NCBI RefSeq assembly: GCF_006345805.1
Contig: NC_042999.1
Coordinates: 24,862,001 to 24,926,000 of the forward strand
DNA from: Octopus sinensis
Lineage: Eukaryota
Length of the DNA: 64,000 nt
Direction: 5' to 3'
In this document: piece after piece, positions 1 through 11,600 of the stretch
How the letters are laid out: every line of letters begins with the position of its first letter
Position numbering within the stretch: the first letter of the stretch is position 1
Program-made: the position numbers and the translations under genes
The notes under the pieces: generated by a model
Told to the model about the DNA's origin: nothing
The model's input: the letters and a program-made list of their open reading frames with translations, nothing else
Database searches by the model: none

Positions 1-674
1 GATAATGATGAAGCTGATGAACAGAATGCCCATTCAAGACTAGATTTAACAAGCACAAGTCTTCGTTTAATATCCAGGAGAACCATGTCACATCATTGAC
101 AGACATATAAGGACATTGAAAAAAAAACCCTTCACAATATAACAAGTAGAGACTGCCAAAAAAGTTCAGCAACAGAATAAAGAATCATATTTAAAAGAAC
201 CTTTCATCTATGTGACCTATCTGAACTTCAAAAGTGAAGTTTTTACCTCGTGCCCTTATGAATGTAAGTATATTTTAATCAGCTGGTAGGGTACGCTACA
301 AGTATGATGATTAGCTCTTCCCCACTCGATATTTTTCTTTCTCCTCTCCACCCCAAGCTTGCCCCGTCGTGTGAACTTTTTTGGTTCCTGAACGTTGGCA
401 TACAGGTCAACGACTAATAAAAAAAAGACCAATCCTAGGGACAATTCTGATGGGCTTAAGACCATCTTTTCCATATATATACTTATACATGCATACAAGC
501 AACCAGACAACAAGTTTTAAGACTAACCCTGACCATCTCTCCCATCCTGCTCAATCCTCTCTCTCTCTCATGCCTCTATCCCCATTTCATTCTCCCCACC
601 TTACCCTTAGACCCACTTACTACAATCAACTATCACATAAAACTGGAATGGACTTACGTGAACTTTGTTATTGA

Positions 675-2490
675 TCACTAGATAACTGCGCTGTACCTGA
701 TGTATATCCTATTCCACTTCTACAGGACTTTTCTAGCTTGCTGCATAGAACTTGCATCTTTTCAAAGATCGACCTTGTGTGAGATTACAGTCAAATCCCT
801 GTGGAACCTGTGGAGATTCCGAAGACAGCAGTCACAACACCCTTCAGAATGTTTGAATTCCAGTGTATGCCTTTCGGTTTATGCAACTTGGCACAGACAT
901 TCCAACGTTTTATAGACTCAGTTATCAGAGGTTTGCCTTCTATCTATGCATACATAGACGATATACACGTGGCCAGTTGCTCAGACGAAGAGCATGATTA
1001 ACACCTGCACCTGCTATTCCAATACCTGTGTCAATACAGTATTATCAACCCCAGCAAGTGTTCGTTTAAAGTTGTGTCCCTTCATTTTCCTGGGCACATC
1101 GTTGATAAGGTTGGCATTTGCCCACTTCTTAATTTTCCACCAGCCACATCTCTCCACAAATTGCGGGAATTTCTTGGCTTGGTGAATATCTACTGGAGAT
1201 TTTTATTCCACTGTGAAGAGACAGCCCAACCACTCACAGATTTGCTACGACAGTGAACATGCAAAAATACAAACAATTCCCTGAGTGAAGAACAACTTGC
1301 CTCTTTCACTTCCTTGAAAATAGTGTTATCCAATGCTACTATACTGGTGTATCCCAAACCAGATGCCCCACTGTGCGTACTAGTGGATGCATCTGATTCC
1401 AGAGTTGAACTTGTGCTCCAACAACTCACTGACGGTATTTGGCAACCTGTATCCTTCTCCAAGCGCTTAAAACTTGCTGAGACTAAATACAGTACATTCA
1501 ATCAAGAATTACTGGCAGTGTATCTCGCTGTTAAGCATTTACAACACATGCTGGAAGGTTACATTTTCTCCATTTATACCCATTTCTTTATTACCCACAA
1601 GGGGCTAAACATAGAGGGGACAAACAAGGACAGACATGGGTATTAAGTCGATTACATCGACCCCAGTGCGTAACTGGTACTTAAGTTATCGACGCCGAAA
1701 GGATGAAAGGCAAAGTCGACCTCGGCGGAATTTGAACTAACAACGTAACGGCAGACGAAATACCGCTAAGCATTTCGCCCGGTGTGCTAACGTTTCTGCC
1801 AGCTCGCCGCCTATATTTCTCCATTTATACCGACCATAAACCACCAGTTCATGCCTTCAACACCAAGCCCGATTGTCACTCACACCGGGAAGTCTGACAT
1901 CTAGACTTCATATCACAGTACACAACAGACATTCACCACATTAAGGGTGCAAACAACTCTGCAGCTGATGCCCTGTTATGCATGGAACTTATCGCTATCC
2001 ACACCACTGCTACCATTGATCTCCAGCAGATTGCAGCTGATGAACAAGATGATGAAGTACTATTACCGCTCCGGAATTCGTCATCTCTGAAATTTTGGGC
2101 AATCACAGGCTATATTTTGTGCGACACCTGTAGTGGTCATGAACATCCATACGTGCTTCAGAAACACAGACGTGCCGTTTTCTCTGCTCTGCATTCCCTA
2201 GCACATCCTGGTGTCCACACCACATGAAAGCTGATATCGACCCATTTCGTGTGGCCCAATATCAATAAGAACACCTATGATTGGGCTAGGACCTGCATTG
2301 CGTGCCAAAAAGCAATGGTCCACCAACACATTAAATCTCCCATCGGCTCCTTTGCAACTCCAGATGCGCATTTTCAACACATGCATATTGACATTGTTGG
2401 ACCCTTGCCTCCTTCCAACAACTGCACTCACCTGTTCAACTGTGTTGACAGATTTTCTCGCCGGCCGGAAGCTTTTCCCCTATCAGAACA
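675..2490 (+). mobile_element. Decayed Ty3/Gypsy LTR retrotransposon pol (RT, RNase H, integrase)
   Basis: Frameshifted pieces in Gypsy order: YPIP...FSKIDL, PKTAVTTPF..FEF..MPFGL.N..QTFQRFID..YIDD (RT); VDASD...WQPVSFSKRL..ETKYSTF..ELLAVY (RNase H); HPGV..WP...C..CQ (zinc finger); HIDIVGPLP..VDRFSR.PEAFP (integrase core). Confidence 0.92.
1581..1815 (-). mobile_element. tRNA-headed SINE, family B (GGCGGCGAGCTGGCAGAA head), inserted in the Gypsy RNase H
   Basis: 16-bp TSD TTTCTCCATTTATACC at 1565-1580 and 1816-1831; homologous copies at 17587, 51683 and 57371. Confidence 0.9.
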
Positions 2491-3682
2491 CTTCTGCGGA
2501 AACTGTCACCAAAACGCTGATTTCGGGTCAATATTCAGAAACACGAGTCCGTGTGTATCATAGGTTGAAGACGGGAAGGATGGCTTCCCTTTGCAAATAC
2601 TGATAGAGCACAGAAAGTGTGTCAATAGCCAGCTGGAGGAGGTGTCCTCCTGGGCTACAAGCTACAGTAGCATCCACCCTTAGGGGCTAGCCACATTTAA
2701 GTGGCAAATATAATTCACGACTTTGTAAAGTATTTTCCAGTTAATATTTTCCCTCTTCAAATTTCAGAATGTGTGCATATGTTGTTTGTATTAACTTTGA
2801 AAGAGTTGGCTGTTAAACTTAAGTGTGATGGTGAGGAAAAATGCATGGAATAAGTTGTTTACTGCCACAATATAGGCTATGGTACTAGCCAGACACTTTT
2901 CTATTCCAAAGGAAAAAAAGGATAGTTGTAACTTTGTTTGTTGAACTTGTGAGGTTTTGGTCAGTTGCATAAGTTTCGTAAGATAGGTTAAATTAGTATT
3001 TTGAAAATTATTATAAAATACAATGTTTTGATGTTTTTGTATTTCTTAACTTATACTTTTTATGGATAGGGAAAAATATTTTTGTAGGATTTCAATGAAT
3101 AGAGTTACTATTGTGATTGAAACTTGTTAGTTAATTGAGGGATTAAACTAGACCTCATGTAATACATTTATTCGGTGACCTAGTATTAAAAATAATAAAG
3201 AAAACGAAGTCACATAATTTCGACATTTTAAGTGCGTTGCGGAGCCTGACGATATAAATTTTAGAGCTTGAGATTTTAACGCTCTTGTTTTTAAAGAATT
3301 TCGCAAAGAAAATCGTATCGTAACAATGAATGTAAAAAATGAAAGGAAGAACGGCAAACGTGTTACAAAGTGATATTTCGATCATTATTCAAAATTTCAA
3401 GTGGGCTGCGGAACCGGAAGATGTAAATTTAAGAACTTCAGATTTTAACACAGTTGTTTCTAAAGAATTTTGCAATAGAAAATATATTCTTTAAAGCATA
3501 GTTTGAAAATCTGTGTAAAAAGTACCTCTTCGTTCTACCCTAACGTGTATGTAAACTACAGTATTGAGAAGCCGTACACGGGAGGTAAGTCTATCAAGGG
3601 ACGTAACTTCAGTAAAACTTACAAAAATAAAAAGTTAACTGGTCAGAATAATTTTGCAATTGTTTTATTTTAATTATATATA

Positions 3683-3757
<75 letters not shown>

Positions 3758-3962
3758 TACAAAGTGAGATAGGGGTTATGAGTGTAACCTATTATGGGAT
3801 ATCAGTTATCCAATATAATGCTAGTGAAGTACCCAAAAGGCAAATACATAAATGCTTATAATTGCAATGCAATTAATTCATATATTGTATTAGATGGGCG
3901 ATATGTATATTTCGTTTTTGGATTTGGTTTGCAAAATTCTTTATGAGTTCGTGTGTTGATGC

Positions 3963-4252
3963 ATATTCTGTTGTGTCTGAGGAGAGTCATTCTCTTTTAG
4001 TGCCTTATTATTTAACACAATCACCGGTAAAATTTCCACTTATTCCTTATTTTTATTTTCTAAAATTTTCGTTGCGTCTTGCACCCTTTTCAATAGTCTT
4101 GCAACATTTCATTAGTCAAGATTATTGAAAAAGTTGCAAGACGCAACGAAAATTTTAGAAAATAGAAATAAGAAATAAGTGGAAATTTTACCGGTGAGTG
4201 TGTTAAATAAGGCACTAAAAGAGAATGACTCTCCCCAGACACAACAGAATAT
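3963..4252. repeat. Foldback inverted repeat, ~140-bp arms, 15-nt spacer
   Basis: ATATTCTGTTGTGTCTGAGGAGAGTCATTCTC... at 3963 pairs with ...GAGAATGACTCTCCCCAGACACAACAGAATAT ending at 4252; inner arms end at 4101/4117. Confidence 0.9.
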
Positions 4253-4559
4253 ATATATATATATATATATATTTATTATATAGAAGGAGCTTCTACAGGA
4301 CTAGAACTGTTTCATTCAAGAGAAATCTTCAGGAAGCTAGTTAACAAGAATTGTATTGGCATTTATACATTTAGGCAGGTTTAAAGGGGTGGTGGTGGGG
4401 GACTTTTTGGGGGTAGGCATAGCGCAAAAAAATCATACTTGGGGGAGTGGTCAAGGAGTCAGTGGTAAATTAGATAGAAGAATAAATAAAAGAATAAAAA
4501 AAGGGGAATAAAAAAATATATAGAAGAATAGAGTTTTAGGTAAATAAGGAAAATCTCAC

Positions 4560-4922
4560 TTATACCTATACACATATGTATACGTATATACACACACACA
4601 CACACATATACATACTCACATACATACACACACACCCATATATATATATATATATATACCCACACACATACATACACATACATATATCTACATATACACA
4701 TATATATATATATATATCTATATATACATACACATATACATGCATATACATATACACACATGTATATATACACACACACACGACCACACATACACATACA
4801 CACAAAAAAAATATATATACATACACACACATACACATACACACATACACACACATATATCCACATACACACATGCACACACAACACACAAGTCCCTATA
4901 TACTCATATATACTTATACACA

Positions 4923-4956
<34 letters not shown>

Positions 4957-5402
4957 CATACATATGTGTACCTATTCATACCTACACATACACACATATA
5001 TACATACAAATACAAACCCATTCCCTAATTTTAATTTTATTATCTTCATTTATTACTTTTGTTATCTTTGACCGCTGGTCACAAGCATCTTGGCTACAAC
5101 AGCTAGTCCCTTTTATCTTTCTACTTGAGCACAAGCACTCACTCACGCACGCACACTCGTTAGCACGCACACTCACTCATTCGTACACTCATACACATAC
5201 ACGCACGCACGCGTTATATTCATACATACATCTACATACATACACGTATATACACATACGTACGCGTACCTACAGATTCATGTCTACAATCTTAGAAGAC
5301 TAGTCTATACATATACACCAATAAATATATATACACACATACATATACACCTACATACAAATACATACATACATATATATACACACACATATACATACAC
5401 AT

Positions 5403-5459
<57 letters not shown>

Positions 5460-5603
5460 CATATCCGCATACATACATACATACATACACCCATACATAC
5501 ATACATATATACACACATACACCCACACGTATACATATACATACATATACGCGCATGCATACACATACAAATACATACACATACACATATACATACATAC
5601 ATA

Positions 5604-5666
<63 letters not shown>

Positions 5667-6057
5667 ATACACATACATACATATACATATATACACACAC
5701 ACACATACATACACATATACACATACACGCACATACTCATATACATGCGTACCATACACACACACACACACGCGCGCATCCATATATACACATAAGTACA
5801 CACATGCGTAAAAGTATACATATATCTATGCTTACACATACACCACACACACGCCACTCCTTATGTTCATACTTACATGCATACTCAAAAAATAAGTAAT
5901 AAAATATATATACGTGCAGTTATTCATACATGCATACTCAAAAAATAAATAATAAATAATAAATAATAAATATTAAGTATATATACGTGCAGTTACCTAT
6001 TATACAGACGGATACATACATATAAACTTACACACACATATATATACATATATACAT

Positions 6058-6120
<63 letters not shown>

Positions 6121-6546
6121 TTACACATATGTACATATACATACACACACATAACTCTACGTACCTACATATACCTAAAACACGAGCGTACACGTATATG
6201 TACATATACACATACACATACACACGCATATATACATACATGCACATACATACACGCACATATACATATATATATATATATATTATATACATATATATAT
6301 ATATATATACATATACACACATACACACATATACATACATATACATACACACACATACACACATATACATATATATATATATATACATATATATACACAT
6401 ATACATATATATACATATACACATACATACATACACATACATATACATATACACACATACACACACACACATACATATATACACACACACACATACATAT
6501 ACATACACACATACATACACACATATATACACATACATACATATAT

Positions 6547-6625
<79 letters not shown>

Positions 6626-6879
6626 CATGTGTGCAAACATACATACATACTCATACACACTCACACACTTATATATACATATATACACACACTTACACAC
6701 ATATATATATATATACATATATATATACATATACATACATACATATAAATATATATATATACATATATATACACACACATATCTATACACACTTACACAT
6801 ATGTACACATACACACACATATTCACATATATACATATATACATATATATACACATATATACACATACACACACACCAC

Positions 6880-6921
<42 letters not shown>

Positions 6922-7097
6922 TACATATACATATATATACACATACATATATACATACATACACACGCACACATATATATATACCCACACCTACACCACA
7001 TATATATACATATATACATACATATACACACATACACACACACACACATATATGTACATACATACACTACACATACATATACATATACACCACATAC

Positions 7098-7135
<38 letters not shown>
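4560..7135. repeat. Long compound (TA)n/(CA)n/(TACA)n microsatellite field
   Basis: Directly visible. It is the source of the spurious Y/I/H/T and C/V/M/Y ORFs. Confidence 0.95.
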
Positions 7136-7136
<1 letters not shown>

Positions 7137-7319
7137 TTTATTTATTTTCTATAATTTGAAGTTTGTATAAAATCTCAATGTGTGAGAAAAACTGAGTGGA
7201 ATCATGAGTCCAGTAATTCACCGTTAAATAGTTCTAATACGTTCTTCCTTCCTTTAAAACAGTTGGGATCTTTTTCCCTTTGATTACTTTTAACGGGTCA
7301 AGGGATCACATAAAGCGTA

Positions 7320-7344
7320 CCTCGACAGCGCGCGCGCGTGTTTT

Positions 7345-7382
<38 letters not shown>

Positions 7383-7611
7383 GGAACGAAATCAATGTTC
7401 CCCATTCCACGTTTTATATACATCAGTGAATCACGTGATTAGACATGGCTCGTCGTTTGTTTTGACGTGTCGGAATCGTTGGCCGAAGAGGAAATAATTA
7501 CATTTATTAAAATTTAAGGTGTCTTATATATTGTAATTCTATACTATTTAGTGTGTCTTGCATTGCAATGTATTAAAGTAGCTGACAAAGATATTTATTT
7601 CAACCTCCAAC
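7320..7611 (+). promoter_or_regulatory. Probable COG7 proximal promoter / 5' UTR
   Basis: CpG-retaining stretch with (CG)n at 7328, a (GA)n tract at ~7347-7378 and the palindrome AATCACGTGATT at 7429-7440, just upstream of the start codon. Confidence 0.55.
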
Positions 7612-7614
7612 ATG
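7612..7614 (+). CDS. COG7: COG7 coding exon 1 (start codon only)
   Basis: CCAACATG|GTAAAT; phase 0 join to exon 2 gives M-DYSKF, matching the COG7 N-terminus. Confidence 0.75.
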
Positions 7615-8652
7615 GTAAATAACTTTAATTTCTTTTACAATTTCTCACCTTCACGACAGAAACGAAATATCACATTCATGTTGTCCTCAAGTATTGATGT
7701 CATCGTTGTTGTTTAATCCCTAATTAAGTAGACCTATTGTCAAAGACGTTCCAGCCATGGCTATTCCATCGTGGTCGTTTTAAGACAGTGGAGTCTCATT
7801 TGCGGTTATTGTTGTAAGCTGTAGGTTAACCCTGACTAATTAAATTTTACAATCAAAGGCGTTCCTGCCATGACTATTCCATCGTGGTCGTTTTAAGACA
7901 GTGCAAAGGCGTTCCTGCCATGACTATTCCATCGTGGTCGTTTTAAGACAGTGCAAAGGCGTTCCTGCCATGACTATTCCATTGTGGTAGTTTTAAGACA
8001 GTGCAAAGGCGTTCCTGCCATGACTATTCCATCGTGGTCGTTTTAAGACAGTGGAGTCTCATTTGCGGTTATTGTTGTAAGCTGTAGGTCGGCCTTGACT
8101 AATTAAATTTTACAATCAAAGGCGTTCCTGCCATAACCACCCTGTTATTGTATATCGGGAACGGCAGTGAACAGTGTCTTTCTTCTAGCAACATTAATGC
8201 TATTTTAGAGACTATGGCTGCTATTTTTAGCATGTAGCTATTCTTTTTTCACAAAAGGTCATCCCAAAACAGAATAGCCGTGCCATATAAATACTTTTAA
8301 GGTACTACTAGCGAACAGTGTGCGCATCTGCGCTAGCTAGTCGTAAGTAGTCGATCCTACAACGACTTTTTAACCCTAAACCTAACCCTAATTTTTTTAC
8401 CCTAACCCTAGTTTGTTTATAAAAAATAATTTATTTACTTACTCTTTTACTTGTTTCAGTCATTTGACTGCGGCCATGCTGGAGCACCGCCTTTAATCGA
8501 GCAACTCGACCCCGAGACTTATTCTTTTGTAAGCCCAGTACTTATTCTATCGGACCCTTTTGCCGAACCGCTAAGTAACGGGGACATAAACACACTAGCA
8601 TCGGTTGTCAAGCAATGCTAGGGGGACAAACACAGACACACAAACACACACA

Positions 8653-8689
<37 letters not shown>

Positions 8690-11600
8690 GATGGGCTTCT
8701 TTCAGTTTCCATCTACCAAATCCACTCACAAGGCTTTGGTCGGCCCGAGGCTATAGCAGAAGACACTTGCCCAAGATGCCACGCAGTGGGACTGAACCCG
8801 GAACCATGTGGTTGGTAAGCAAGCTACTTACCACACAGCCACTCCTGCGCAGTTTAAAAAATTGTAGGATCGACTACTTATAACTAGCTAGCGAGTGCGT
8901 GCACCGGACCACTGTTCGCTTGTAGTACCTACTTTTAATAGAACACTTGATAGTGAGAAATAGTTTAACTGTTTTCCGTAAACGTCACTTCACACACATT
9001 TGTTGTCATCTTACATACAAACTTATTCCAAAATCTTTACACTGATTGTAGTTCCATAAGATTTTAGTACTCGTAGGTTTCAAAGGTCCTCAAATTTTTA
9101 TTGTCTACGAGCATGACTGTTTAAGAAGTTTATTTCAAAAACAAATGGTTTCAAGTTCAGCATCTTCTATAGACCCGAGTTGACCAAAGCTGTGTGAATG
9201 AATTTCGTCGACAGAAACTAAAAGAAGCCCGTTTATGTGTGTGTTTCCTTGACTTGACATTACGCGCTGGTTGTAAACAAACATCACCGTCAAACTAGTG
9301 GTATCGTTAGTTTGCAGTCTTTCTTGGTAGCATGCCCCGCTGCTGTACTGTTCTTGTTTGAAGAATTGGATCTGGGACCCCCTTCGGTCACAACACTGAC
9401 CATGGGATTGCACCTAGAAAGTTACCCTCCTAGTAACAAGTCTGGGCAAGGTGGTTTATGGAAGACCAGCAGTCGCCCATGCATACCGGCCTCCCCTCTC
9501 CACGCCACCAGTGGTATCCAAGGGAAAGGCAGCAGCCGATACAGCTTGGCACCAGTGACGTCGCAACTCATTTCTACAGCTGAGTGAACTGGGGCATTGT
9601 GAAATAAAGTGTCTTGCTCAAGAACACAAAACGCAGCCCGGTCCGGGATTCGAGCTCACAACCTCACGATCGTAAGATCGACGCTCTAACCACTGAGCCA
9701 TGTGCCTTCACACAATTAGGGAAAAAATATTACCATGTTTGTAAGCAGTTGAGAGTTGGCAACAGGAAGAGCATCCATCCATTTAAAAATTTATCTTAGT
9801 CATTTCGTCTGGCTAATGCAGACATGGAAATGTGGATGCTAATTCAATGATGATGATAATGAGTCGCTATTTTTATTTTGTTTGATATACACTGCAATCC
9901 TATCTTACTCTCTGCTACTGACATGTGTGGTTGCTTGCCCCTTTTCACAATATTAGTCAGCGGTCCAAAACTTTTGTTAATTTATCACCTTGGTAGACAG
10001 AAACTGAAAGAAGCCTGTCATATATATGTATATATATATATATGTATGTGTGTATGTTTGTGTGTCTGTGTTTGTCCCTCTAGCATTGCTTGACAACCAA
10101 TGCTGGTGTGTTTACGTCCCCGTCACTTAGCGGTTCGGCAAAAGAGACCGATAGAATAAGTACTGGGCTTACAAAGAATAAGTCCCGGGGTGGATTTGCT
10201 CGACTAAAGGCGGTGCTCCAGCATGGCCGCAGTCAAATGACTGAAACAAGTAAAAGAGTAAAGAGTATCAATACCATTTTTGATGAGCTCTCCGTATGGC
10301 TTCAAGAGCTGACCACCTTGCTGAAATGAGGACACTAATAAAGCTATATCTCAAGCTGAGTATTTGCTTTTAAACTCAGTTATATGATAAACAAATTATA
10401 GCTTCCATTTTTCTTTTTTTTTTTTTTTTTTTCAAAGTCTAATCTAATATGTTGACAAACTCTACTGAAACTGAGACAATATCGAAAGTTGCTAGTTTCA
10501 ATGAAGAAGGGTCAACATTAAATTCAATTTAGTTTCTCAGCTTTTTACTAACATTAATGTATTAGAAACAAAATGTGAATGCATATAAGGAAAAAGAAAA
10601 ATACTCATTTATATGCATCTGATATCTGCATTCCTCTACCTGTTATTTGTTTCGTATCATCTAATATAGTCTGGAGGAAAGGAACTGTACCTATGGCCTT
10701 CACAAGCTCTTCAAGACCAGATTATAATGATAAAAATGAGAAAGATAAGATGAGTATGGCTGGAATGTAATTTGATTGTAGGTCTGCTCAGTGATGGATA
10801 ACCTGAAGTTAAACAACATAGCTTTAAAAAAAAGATTATTTTTAATACCAACCCACCTAAGACTGTCCTTCATTCTATGATACAAAAATTGTCCACTTCA
10901 AAGTGTTTCTATATAAATCATGTTACATTTCATAAAACTGTATAATAATAAAGTTACTTATTTTGTTAAATCCTTCACAATTTTTGATAATTTTCAAAAG
11001 AAACTGAAGTATATTTTTAGAAATACAATTACAAAATAGATGAATGTGTTTTCTGTTTAATGTGATGTTAAGCTTTGAAAAAGAAAGCCTCTTGGAAAAA
11101 TATATCTGAAAATTATTATCCAAAGTATGCTTGCTGTATAGTGTTAACATCACATCAGGAATTTGAAATGATACCTGCTAAATTCTTATGTAAATATTCC
11201 TTTTTTTTTTCAGGATTATTCAAAATTTTTAGATGAGAATTTTGATGTGAAGGAATGGGTGAATGGAGCCTTCAGGTCCCATAAAGACACTACAGTCAGT
11301 AAAGATGTAAGTGGATTGATGTTAATAAAACTAACACAAACTTTAAAACAACTAAATCATAGTTTTAACTTAAAATTTATAATGATTTTAAATTATGGAG
11401 AATTTTAGGTTCTTTGTATTCAACTTTCAGTATCTCATTGTGTTCATGACAAAAACATTTAAGTCTGCAGAACTTCAGCTCCATATATGAACTACATAAA
11501 ATATCATGGATCTTTTCAGTTTGAACGGCAGTTTTTAACATAATTTCTAGGTAACTAAAAAATTTTAAACTTCGTATACTGGTAGAATGTGTTTATAAAA

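Noticed and set aside
3970-4000. CTGAGGA-GAG(TCATT)CTC hammerhead-like half
   Set aside because: It is followed by TTTT rather than GAAA, and the mirror arm has CTGGGGA.
4459-7154. Long ORFs of up to 356 aa ([12 protein letters not shown])
   Set aside because: They are translations of CA/TA microsatellites, open in most frames on both strands.
7315-7330. Minus-strand donor GAG|GTACGC suggesting a head-to-head gene
   Set aside because: No downstream minus-strand exons are recognisable in 1-7300, so it is unsupported.
7854-8053. CRISPR-like array (also 42060-42652 and the family C units)
   Set aside because: Eukaryotic intron context, no unique spacers (units abut or are linked by (CAC)n) and no cas genes.
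8605-8883. Recurrent short ORFs (MLGGQTQTH..., [12 protein letters not shown]..., MVVIPAVLF...)
   Set aside because: The same peptides recur at each SINE copy; they are non-coding repeat translations.
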